Origin: Antedon mediterranea
Taxonomy: Eukaryota; Animalia; Echinodermata
Length of the DNA: 64,000 nt
Assembly (NCBI RefSeq): GCF_964355755.1
Contig: NC_092670.1
Span: forward strand, 23,298,795 to 23,362,794
Direction of reading: 5' to 3'
This document shows, piece after piece, positions 13,801 through 27,454 of the stretch (its first letter is position 1; every line of letters begins with the position of its first letter). The notes under the pieces were generated by a model. That model did no database searches. It had not been told where the DNA came from and saw only the letters and a program-made list of their open reading frames with translations. The position numbers and the translations under genes were made by a program.

Positions 13801-16800
13801 AACGTAATAAATACAACAAAGACGTACGTATTGTTCTTGATTAATAAAAGTACTCGCGCCGGGAGCTGGCCTAGGTAGACAGAAAGTAGCCGGCGAAAAT
13901 GTCAAAGTAGACGGTCGAATGCGCCGGTTGCCGGCTACTAACGAAACCCCTGGGTAATGTTTGCTCACTAGTTGCAATTTTTAGAAAAGGTATTTTATGG
14001 TTTCATTCACCAATATTTTTTTTATTTTATTTATCACTGCACAAAACATAACATAAAAACAGCGAAAAGAAAGGGATGAACAGGTGACATGCGCCTCTAT
14101 CCACATCCTCCCTTAATATACTTGAAATCCAACTTTTTGTAGAATTAATTAACCAAAATATTTGTCTGCTTGCTATAATAGTTGAGTGGTTCATTTTTGA
14201 AGATTTTTTAGAAGGTTTGGTAAAGTATAAAATAAGAAAATTTCTAGATTTCAATTTAAAAACAAAAAATTAGTAATACAGTAGTATCTAGTTAGTACAA
14301 TATTTAAAGTAATGGACACATTTGTTGACATTTGGGTTTCGGACACAGAAAATGAGAGATCAGGATCACAGTACAGTAGTTTGTAACCCATTTCAGCAGA
14401 GATGTACTGTACTGTAGGTAAAGTTGAACTACTCCTGTTCAGGGGACATTTTCTCGTGAAACCAACCTATGCTCAGGGGACACCTCCATTACGTATTCAT
14501 GAATTTTCTCTTCCTTCATCCAATCTACATGGTACATGGATGAAGCTATTGTTTTAACAACGTGAGTATGCGGCGTAGGTTTTTTATATATTTTTGTTTC
14601 CTTGATATTTATAATAATGTAGACATTTATTTGTTCTTGAGCTATGGAGAATTAGTTTTTAAGGGACACTTTTTTGGGCCTTAAATTAAAGGTGTCCCCT
14701 AAGGATTTCTATTGTATACAGGTTTTTTTTTCCGCTTTGCTCAGTGTAATCTTGAAACATTAAGGAAGAGTCAATTTTTACCATTGTATTGCTCTTTAAA
14801 ATCAATACTCTTTAGAATGTTATTCAGTGAGTAGCTAATGAAGGATTCTAAGTTCGTCACTTAATTGCTAACAACCTTCGAACAAATAAACCAATCGATA
14901 TCAAGTAATAATACAACTTACTGGTTAGATCGGTACCTGGATATATTTAGGCCTCCACAGTGGTAGTGTTTGTTAACTAAACAGCAATATTTAAATGTAC
15001 AGAATTACTGTAGTGTAAGTTGTAACATAACAAAAAACACAAATTATGATACTGTAGTGTATCAAGTTCCATTCCTAATTTAGCCAAAGGTGTACAGAAT
15101 TAACATAAAAAACAAACAAATAATTAAAAAAACCCAATGGTTAGGATTGTTCGACATTTTATCTTGATTTTTCATAAAGTTCTGCGGTGTGACGTCACAA
15201 AAATGCGTTCAGTGCTACTAAGGATATCTATATTTGTTTCTATCAAATTATGTATCTTAGCTTGATTTTTTTTTAACTTAAACTGTTACAATTGTTGTAG
15301 AATAAATAAATTGTTTATAACAAATATTTAGTGATCTTTTGAAATTTTAGTTTGTTTTTATTGAAAATTATTAAGTTTTAAAATGACTACTTCAATAAGC
15401 CAATTTCAAACCATTGGTGGCCTTGGAGTGACTCAGGCAGGTTGAACGTTTTCTAGCTACGAAACGCAGAACTCTATGGCTCCAATTTAAACAGCATTTT
15501 GTATTAATGCAATAATAATAAACACACCAAAAACATAACTAAATCTGAATATTTTTGTAGGCACTATAGTATATAAATAGTTTAGTAGCTACTGTATTCT
15601 GAGAAGATGGATGGTTAGGTAATGCTGTAGTAATAATAATAACTAACCTACAGTACCAGTTGGCAGTCCTTTGTAGTAGGCCTACCACAGTAATCTCTGT
15701 ATTTACTGCAGTATCACTATGTCATTAAAATAATACTTTAGATTATTGATTATACAGTAGGGTATTGAATAGTACAGGACTTTACTTTTCTGCTGTGTAG
15801 TAGCATACCTTGAAATGACAAGTAGGTACTGTACTGTGACTATATGATTAACCAATCTGACAATGAAATCTACTAGCTAATATCACTAGTGTATATTAAT
15901 GCCACAGTCTGAACACAACCTTATTGTCAACAATAACCAGGAATATCATTATCATGTCTAGAAGAAATGCTAACTAAACAATAATTTATGTTTAAAGGCA
16001 TTTCTTATTGCTTTAAAATGTCATGCAGCATTTGGTATGAAATGCATTGTGATTGGCTAAGTAACACTCACCTCATTTTATAGGCATACACTATACTTTA
16101 ATACAAAGCTTGCAGTATTCAATCTCACATTATTTTATTTAATCATTATCATAACTGATACATTAAAATCAAGGGACCCGATACAGTGCTAACTAATAGG
16201 TATAAAAACAAAAGCTCTGTCTACACTATCAAACTTTATGTGACAAAAGACACATAAAAAATGTGATGTGCCCAAATATTGACATGATGATGTCATATCC
16301 CTACCATATTCAAATTCTCTTTTATTAATCCTTTCGGAAATTCATTGCTCGTTTTACAAATATAAAAATGTGTATAACAATATAAAAGGTACAAATATTT
16401 GGGCATATCACTACCATATTTGAACACATCACTACCATATTTGGGCACATCACTACCATATTTGGGCACATCACTACCATATTTGGGCATATCATTACCA
16501 TATTTGGGCATATCATTACCATATTTGGGCACATCACTACCATATTTGGGCACATCACACTTTTTTGTCGAACTAATTTGATAGTGTAGACAGAGCTTTA
16601 GGCCTGCGTCAAAATTATTAAACTGCAGTAACTACTTTTGTTTCCTCCTTAACCTGATGCAATATTTAGCAAGCTGTATAATCTTCTACATTGAAACAAA
16701 CTAGAAAAACTGTGGTTACTGTAGTACTACATTTTAAATATCTTTTCGTATCAGAGCTCTACCCCGGAAGTACACAGTCTATTGTTGGTTTATCCAGGTA

Positions 16801-19800
16801 AGCTGCATGAAATAAACTGATATAATTTATGAGGTGTTTAATGATACTAAGGAAGTGATTAATATTTTAAAACAATATGTTTGAAAATCCAAATAGTGCT
16901 GAAGTTACAATGTTTGTAAAATGTACATTCATATTGAGTACTATGCAAACTCTCTTGGTGTTATTATCAGTATAGAGCAATTCACAGTAGAACAGGCATT
17001 TAGGCCAAGTTTGTAAGATCATCATCCTGCATTTATGTTGATTGTAATGCTATCTGCCCGATCATAATTCTTTATGCCGAATCATCCATTTTGTTAAAGT
17101 GGAAAATATTATTTAAAGGTATGCTAAAGCTATGTTTATTATTTAATGGTTAGGCCTGTTAAATTTGTCATTTGTGGGTAATGATAAAGTTAGTCTTATT
17201 CAGTGGGCCCAAACATATTTTCTCAATCATCCACGGTCTTGATTATCTGACGCCTCAACTCGTAGAAAATTTATTTTTCAAACGCGATGATGGTAATGTA
17301 CCCGAATCAATGTCAGTAGGTTTTTTACAGGTTATCAGATGATCGGGACCACGGACGAGCGGGCCCGGACGATCGGGCCAAATGAATAAGACGATTAGGC
17401 ACAAAACTTTTTAATTAAAATCTTAATTTACGCAAGAAAAGCACGTTGACACTAAGCACTAGGAATGAAATGCGGCACATTATTTTATATAACACAAAAG
17501 ACTATCGGACCCAACGCTATGACGCTTGGGCCCAACGCTAAGAAGATCGGGACCAACTGGTAAGACGATCGGGCCCAACATAGTTCTGAAAATACTGGAC
17601 AATCAGGACCAACTGGCCCAACACATAAGACGATCGCCCGATCGTCCGTGGTCCCGATCGTCTGTTCCCCTTTTTACGCATCACTTCAAACAACCAATCC
17701 ATTCTACGCACACATTTCTGAGAGTGAGTGTTATAGCTTCTTGGTACGCCATGAAAAGAAAAAGCCACCACGTTGTGATTTGAAGCTTGTTGCACAATAG
17801 AAGAAGCCGGAATTTTCATTTCCATTTGTCTATTTAGGGGGTATTGCTAAACACCGCAAACCCCGCAAACCTCCAAAAAAATATAGCAAACCCCATCGAA
17901 CCAACATAAAAGTGATTAAATCATGATTGTAGTGTACAACCCACTGGGTATATCAATGTAAAAAAAAAATTTAATTTCTACTGTTAACAACTTATTTTTG
18001 AGGAAAACATTTTTTGGTCAAAAATGATTGCTAAACCCCACAAACCTCCAAAAAACCATAGCAAACCCCACCGAACCAACATAAAAGTGATTGAATAATG
18101 TAGTGTACGACCCACTGGGTATATAAATTATTAAATTTCTACTGTTAACTACTTATTTTTGGGGATAAAACATCATTTTTTGGTTAAAAATTAGCAATCA
18201 TTTTTGATCAAAAAATGATGTTTTACCCCAAAAATAAGTAGTTAACAGTAGAAATTTAATATTTTTTTTACATGGATATACCCAGTGGGTTGTACACTAC
18301 ATGATTCAATCACTTTTATGTTGGTTCGATGGGGTTTGCTATGTTTTTTTGGGGTTTGCGGGGTTTAGCAATACCCTATTTAGGCCTATTTAGGGGCCTA
18401 GTTTCTGCAGCGTGGCTTATTTGTTTCCCTCTAGCTAGGCTCAGGCAGGCTACCTGTATTAGCCTAGCCTAGCTAGTAGTAGTAGAAGTAGGCATATTAA
18501 ATCTGCTAGTTGTAGTAATGTCACGATAAATATGGTCCGGGGCCAAAATCGGTCCAGCCGGACCAGTTTTGGCTCTAAAATTGTGGCCAAAAGCAGTCCG
18601 CCACTGCCAAAATCGGTCCGGGCTTTTCTTCTGTCGATTTTAATTGAATTACTAGGCCTATGATGCGGTTTTAAGTTGTTTATGGCTAGATAAATATTCC
18701 ATGATATATATTATATTAGTAAGTTATCTTGTCGGATAAATACTATAAATAAATGTATTTTATCTAAAAACATGACTTAGGTGTTCACTCAATATTTCGG
18801 CCTGCCACACACTCACATGAACGGGTATGAGATGCTGATATTGCCAGCTAGATTTTATTTATGATTGAGGCCTTTTTCCTTCCTCAGCCTAATCAATATT
18901 GGATAATTGTTTTATAATAATTGTATTGAATTGATATATTGATTGATTAACCATAAATAATTAATAAATTAAATTGTTTTTAACATCATGGGGAAACGAA
19001 GATGTTAAAAAAGAACAAAATGGATTAAAAACAGGCAGAGATACATATTGTATACAAAAAGCCTAACAATTAGTACTAATTATTGATGAGTTACTACTAA
19101 TGCACTTGTCAATTGTATGACCCACTATACGACCCCCGGGAGAGGTGCGTCATTTGTCCGATGTGCGTCATACTTTTGAATACCATGACGCACCCGTGCG
19201 TCAAAAAGGTGACTTACCTTTAGGTGACCATGACGCACCCATTTTGACGCACTGTGACCATGTTGTTTATGATATGGTGGGTGGTAAAGTGACGGACATT
19301 GACACACCTTGTTCATTTATGTGACGTACCATCTAGGTTTTTTGACGCACCCCTGCGTCAGTAATTATTTGTAAATGACGCACCCATGACGCACCTCTCC
19401 CGGGGGTCGTATAGTGAGTCATACAATTGACAAGTGCATAATAATGATAATAAAAAAAACAGGTTTAATTTATAATATTAAAATAACAAATAAAACCCCA
19501 TAGTTTTCAATATAATGACTAATCATGGCCTTTTTTTAATGATATATACATTATGACTCATTTTGCACACCATATTTGTAAGACCGGACCATATTTGGCG
19601 GCCAAAAACAGTCCTACTGCCCGGACCGATTTTATCCAGGCCGGACCAGTTTTGGCGGCCAAAATTGGTCCGGCCGGACAGGTTTTGGCAGCCATAAATG
19701 GTCCCCCGGACTGATTTTGGCAGCCAAAACTGGTCCGCCGGACCGTCGATTTTGGCCCGGACTGATTTTGGTGTGACAGTACACTACAGCAAAATCAACA

Positions 19801-20170
19801 CAAAACACTTTGTCTTTAATTTACTGATTGATCTGCAAACAAGATAGTTTTACACCACACAACAGACTCTCTCAGTTGTATCCTAACTAGCTAGGCCTAG
19901 GCCCTAGGCTAATGTTAAATGATTTAGGCCTCTTATACTTATCAACACAACATTTTACAATTTTAATTCAGGTGGTAGGAATCTCAATACAATTCAAGGT
20001 TACACTCAGCGTCAAGGTACACCACGCTCTAGCCTAGGCGGCTAGGCTAGCCTAGCCTTCTTGAAGTTTTCGTGTTCAATCCTACAAATAAATGCTCAAA
20101 ACTTACGTTGAGAAAAAGTTATGTTCCCAAATAAGATCTCATTATTTCTGTCTTTCTCAAAATCAGCCAT
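7896..20170 (-). CDS. J-domain (DnaJ/Hsp40-type) protein, first two coding exons; the gene continues off the left edge
   Basis: Exon 20170-20107 reads ATG..MADFEKDRNNEILFGNITFSQ+C with donor gtaagt. It joins in phase 1 to exon 7957-7896 (acceptor ttttacag, donor gtaag), giving QDLLWAYKNLALNHHPDRTTE, the helix II-HPD signature of J domains (cf. AYRKLALKYHPDK). No convincing next exon was found in 1-7895. Confidence 0.75.
8150..8385. repeat. Diverged ~100-bp direct duplication
   Basis: gtccagatgtagaaatt.tactggta...tagcccatgggctaata.aaggatatt at ~8155 and ~8296. Confidence 0.75.
9949..10897. mobile_element. TAG...CTA non-autonomous DNA element with a 9-bp TSD (AcademH-like), inserted into an H1 MITE
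   Basis: Perfect TSD tatcaaact at 9940-9948 and 10898-10906; imperfect TIR tagtctgggctcc / ggggcaagtcta. The H1 MITE sequence resumes exactly after the TSD. Confidence 0.75.
16213..16597. mobile_element. Harbinger-like MITE family H1 with an expanded internal 21-bp tandem repeat
   Basis: TIR agctctgtctacactatcaaact...agtttgatagtgtagacagagct; ~8 copies of tttgggcacatcactaccata at ~16396-16557. Other copies at ~433, 9919/10898, 25219, 25895, 30963, 33545, 34135, 40700, 56672, 57000, 58005 and 62980. Confidence 0.88.
17330..17669. mobile_element. Small foldback/Mutator-like MITE
   Basis: TIR cagatgatcgggaccacggacga / tcgtccgtggtcccgatcgtctg, internal gacgatcgggccca repeats, flanks ttttttaca/ctttttacg. 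Confidence 0.7.
17839..18376. mobile_element. Quasi-palindromic MITE with an 8-9 bp TSD
   Basis: gggtattgctaaac...gtttagcaataccc. An internal ~180-bp block is duplicated and then inverted. TSD tatttagg on both sides. Confidence 0.82.
18519..19778. mobile_element. Non-autonomous TGT-terminal (Ginger-like) DNA element with repetitive TIRs; hosts the H2 MITE
   Basis: Termini tgtcac...gtgaca, subterminal ggtccg/cggacc/ccaaaa repeats at both ends, flanks gtaa/gtac (3 of 4 match as a 4-bp TSD). Confidence 0.65.
19101..19438 (-). mobile_element. 338-bp PIF/Harbinger-like MITE (family H2)
   Basis: ~50-bp TIR tgcacttgtcaattgtatgacccactatacgacccccgggagaggtgcgtca, TAA TSD. Near-identical to the inverted copy at 35967-36304. 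Confidence 0.88.
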
Positions 20171-20532
20171 AGAAATCTCCAAACAACAGTTATCATCAGC
20201 TATGTTAGCCACGCTGAAAGCCGCAGACAAAATTTGCTTTGAATCGTACAGGGAGATCACGCCGTTTTCTGCCCGCTCGAAATGGTCAGTAGATCCTTTT
20301 TCGCCGTGTCGTCGTCTGATTTTAGTTTTTACGTTTATAATAGTTGTATGAGGGCGACAAATACAAAATTAAAAACATCATACCAATTTTTGTATATTGT
20401 TTGAAGGTTTGCATGGGGCCGGAAATCAAAATGTTGAGGACGATCAAAGCATTGATCGAAACGTCGAGAAATTCAACATTTCTTTTCAGAACTAATATAT
20501 AATAATTAGTATAATGTATTAACAATTTTTGT

Positions 20533-22650
20533 GCTCTGTTATTCATTTTAGTGGTTGAAGTAATGGCATCTAGAATAAGAAACAAAGATGACTATAAGAA
20601 GGGTATTAAACTTCCAAATAATGAAAATAACATAGAAGCTAGAATAAGCCAATTAGCCGATGATACTGTTTTGTATGTTGGTAATGACAAAAGTATTAAG
20701 TCAGCAGTCAGTGTAATTGAACGATTTTGTGAAGTATCTGGAATGACACTAAATAAAAAAAAAACCAATGCTTTTTGGATTGGTAAATGGAAGAACAGAA
20801 TAGATAGACCTTTAGAATTAAATTGGGTAAAACACCCGATCAAAATTTTAGGCATATATGTAGGGTATAATACAGAAGAATGTGCCAAAAAAAACTGGGA
20901 TGTTAAATTAATAGAGCTAGAAAAGACTTTAAAACAATGGAATGCTAGAAATCTCTCAATTTTTGGTAGAATAATAATCCTGAAAAGTCTTGCACTATCT
21001 AAATTAACATATGCTGCAAATATCACTGATGTTCCAAAATATGTATATACACAAGTTACAAATCTAATATATAATTTCATTTGGAACAATAAAAGGGAAA
21101 AGATAAAAAGAAAAACTCTAATTGGTGATGTTGAGATGGGAGGCATTAAAATGCCTGATTTTACTCTTCATGTTAACGCACTCATGTGTGGCTGGTTAAA
21201 AAGAATTATGAATGATGATGGTGCTAAATGGAAAAATATTCCAATGTATTATATTAAAAAAATATGTGATGTTAATGTTTTACTTAATATGTCATGTTAT
21301 AACATTATTGATGTTAATTCTGATAAAATTCCACTGTTTTACAAAAATATGATAAAAGCCTACATAAATTATAACAGAATCTCTAAAAAAAAACCTGAAA
21401 CTTATAACGATATAATGAATGAGCAACTGTGGGGAAACCACTACGTTAAACTAAAAAAAAAATCGCTTTTCTACAAGCATTGGATTAATAGTGGCATTAT
21501 CAGTTTTAAAGACATTGTTAATAAGAACACTTTTTTAACATCAAACGAAATACTGGTGAAACTACAATGTAAAACAAACTGGTTAAATGAGTATTTGTGC
21601 ATTATTAAGGCAATACCAATTCAATGGAAACGTATTATTAAGGAGGTAGATATTTTCAATTGTGATGATAATGATGAATTAGTTGGGACCAAGTATGAGA
21701 TTAATACTACCAAACTAATATACTCATGGTTTGTGAAAGAATATTTCATTATTTCAATGTCACAACTAAAATGGGAAGAGTACTTCAATGATAACAACAT
21801 TGATTGGAAAACTTCTTGGTTACGGAAAGTATGTAAAATGAAAGATAAGAAACTAGCACAATTCAATTATAAGATGTTACATAGAATACTGCCTACCAAC
21901 AAACGGCTGTATCAGTGGAAAGTTAAGGAAACACAAACGTGTGACAAATGTGGAGAAATTGAAAATAAAAATCATTTGTTTTTTAGTTGTAGATTTATTC
22001 AGAAATATTGGAGGAAAATGCTTAGTATCTTTGTAAGTTTAAATCACAATAATATATCATTTAAACAATTAATACTAGGAACGGGAGATAAGCTAATAGA
22101 TTATATTTACACTTTTGCAGCATTTACTATTTATAGAATAAAAATGTTATCTGCACTAAATAAGCCAGTGGGTAAATCTTTATGGAATTCATTTAAAAGC
22201 AATATGTTATATAACATTGAATGTGAAACATATAACAATAAAGAAACAAGTATAGAAAAATGGGTAGCTTTAAGAAATAAGATTATGATAATATAATTTC
22301 TAATTTGATACCGGTACGATTAACCGAAAAAGAATTACAGTGATACGGGTTACTGGTGGTACTGAGCTATTATTGGTTTTTTTTTATCATGTATATAAAT
22401 ATATTGTATAATCCGGGTTGTAAAATGAAAACAAACAAATGAAAATGTGTGAACTATTTTAAAACGGGATAGATGATAATGATGATCCTGTCAAGTGTAT
22501 AACAAAATATAAGAAAATTAATGAAAAAAGGAGTAATACAGAATTCATATATGTAAAAATGTTACAAGTTAAATAATACGATTTTATGTAATATGAGATA
22601 ATATGAATGTGAATAAAAGTGGTGTTTGCGCCACAAAAGAGAAAAAAAAA
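20533..22650 (+). mobile_element. 5'-truncated L1/Tx1-clade LINE with an uninterrupted ORF2 C-terminal part (20551-22296)
   Basis: The ORF begins inside RT (ALLFILVVEVMA, ISQLADDT, SGMTLNKKKT, ILGI), includes GGIKMPD and a C-terminal CCHC zinc knuckle (CDKCGEIENKNHLFFSC). AATAAA at 22612 and an A-rich tail to ~22651. Candidate TSD aacaattt[t/c]tgt at ~20521 and ~22650. Confidence 0.92.
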
Positions 22651-22920
22651 ACAATTTCTGTATACTAATTACTACCACTGCTGCTGCTGTTTCAATTTTA
22701 TGTTATATCCTATCTCTATGATTTTAGGCCTATATACACTCTCTGATATTATGAATATACAATTTCAATACATTTTTCTTTTCATTTAAATATATCTAGT
22801 ATTATTAAATAAATATTTTAATTGTAAACATGGACAAAACTTATTTAATATATAATATTTCACATTCAATCTCAATATACCGAATGTAAGTGTGTTGAAG
22901 TTTGATATCATGAATGTTAA

Positions 22921-23790
22921 TACATTGTGCTCAAGTGGAGCACAATCTTATAAAATAGAAATACCGGTAAGTCACTGAACTTTAATATCTTTTCGTACGT
23001 TAATACAATGTGCTCAAATGGACTCAATTTGGCGCCAGTGGAGCAAAGTGATATAACATAGAAATAATCACTAAATGTGTATATTTCATTCGTATGTTAC
23101 ACTGTGTTGGAATTGTATGCTCTATCATAAATATACATTTTACTAAACGAACGCAAATTACTAAAATCACTGATATGACAGACACGGATGAAGTAACCGA
23201 TATTGAAATATTTTAATTCGAGAAACATTAGTTATTTCACTGTGCTGCACTGGTGCCAAATTGGGTCTACTGAAGCACACTGTATTATATTTACATATGA
23301 ACAGATATTACAATTTCTTTAAAATTAAACAAAATACTTCTCGAATGCACACAAATGTCAAACTTGTTATAGGCCTAAATATGTTGCTCAATTTACAACA
23401 ACAAAAAGTTGCATTCTTAACCATTTAAAAAAAAATCTAAATCATAATTAGAGTTTTTAAACATGTATAGGAATGATTGTTGCTTCATGAGTATTTATCT
23501 TAAACGAGTGCAAGTTATTAAAATCACTGATATGGCTCTTTTGTATTACGGATGGAATAACCGATATTGAACTTATATAGCAAGTTTGAAATATTTTTGA
23601 ATTCGAGAAGTATTTTTCTGAAAGTTTTTGATGTGACTATTTCGCTGTGCTCTATTGGCGCCAAATTGGATCCACTGAGGCACAGTGTGTATTAACACAC
23701 AACCATTTCTTTTGAACTTAAAAAATTACTCCTAAAATTCAATATTATATTTCTTGGTATATTTTTAATTTATGTTGCTCAATTTACAGG
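22921..23790. mobile_element. Decayed DNA-transposon remnants with duplicated ends, upstream of TVP23
   Basis: Left-end-like tacaatgtgctcaaatggactcaatttggcgcc (~22921, ~23003) and inverted right-end-like ggcgccaaattggatccactgaggcacagtgtg (~23250, ~23657). ~23160-23400 and ~23520-23790 are diverged duplicates. Confidence 0.6.
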
Positions 23791-24095
23791 AAAAAAAATC
23801 GTATTATTAACCTTTTTTTTTTGTCAAAATCATATGTATTTATTTTAGCGACGTGCTGCAACAAACCGCAATTGCAGCACTTTGGTCGTGAGCAATGATA
23901 TTTTCTAATTATATAGCCGTCAGCAGTATGTAAATGATGATGATAAAAGCTGTGAAAAATAAAATGTCGCCCTCTATCGTTTTCTGAGAAGGAAAAAAGA
24001 AAAACAACATCGTACACGTCCTCATTTAGGCCTATATCAAACAGCTGTGTACCGTTTTAAATCTGTTTCTGTTGATTTTGGTACTAATATTACAG

Positions 24096-26600
<2,505 letters not shown>

Positions 26601-27454
26601 AACTACCATATGTTTGTAACCTTCAGTGTTGTGTTATTTCTGAAAAGTCCATGTTTCCCTCCAAAAAATGACAAAAGTGTCCGAGTTGAGAAAGTGGACT
26701 GTATAAATCATTGCCTCAAAATGATTAGGTTATCGTTTTCATTTGTTTTCAATATAATTTTGTTTCTTTTTATTTTTTATTTATTTGTAGAACTAGAAAT
26801 TACAAAAGCAAGTGTATTTATGAATATTTAAAAGCAGAATGAAGCTAATTTACTATTTTTTCAATATATGATTATTTTAAATTTAGCTGGATTATTGAAT
26901 TTCTATTTACGCAATTTGTAAATATTTTTATATTGTATAGTTGGAATAATCATACAATCATGTTTTGGTATAATCTGGTCTTATTGCAAATGCAATAATA
27001 TGTACAGACATTTCTACTAGCTTGTGAATGCCAATGTTAGTAGACAAACAAAATCCATCATACAAATCAAGAAAATTAATTATTTAACATATTTTATTAG
27101 ATAAATAATTACATTTTTAATCAGCTTATTTATTTCTGATTTAATAAAAACATATTTATCAACATGATATACAGTATTTGTTGTTTGTTTGTATTATTTT
27201 GTTAAAGTTCTAATAACAGAATTCATAAATCTTTTCAGTGCAATATCCTTAGCCATTGATATAATTCTACATGCATGATAGCTAAATAAATATGCAGTAA
27301 ATTAAATTTAAAAATCTGAACTGTACAAGAAATTAAAACTCCCTACAGATGTTGCATATTCTCTCTTATTGGTGATAATAATAATTTTCTTTTGTATAGC
27401 GCCTAAACAAAATCAATTTTCTCTAAAGCGCTACAACCACGGCTCGAACTAGGT

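Noticed and set aside
16293-16581. PKYGSDV / CPNMVV repeat ORFs
   Set aside because: Translations of the 21-bp repeat inside an H1 MITE.
19125-19316. 63-aa ORF duplicated at 36089-36280
   Set aside because: Lies inside two copies of the same 338-bp MITE; the similarity reflects recent transposition, not coding constraint.
20592-21866. Antisense ORFs of 184 and 81 aa
   Set aside because: Shadow frames opposite LINE ORF2.
23681-23710. RAG/Transib RSS-like signal (CACAGTG)
   Set aside because: No acceptable nonamer at 12- or 23-bp spacing and no transposase nearby; it is part of a decayed TE end.
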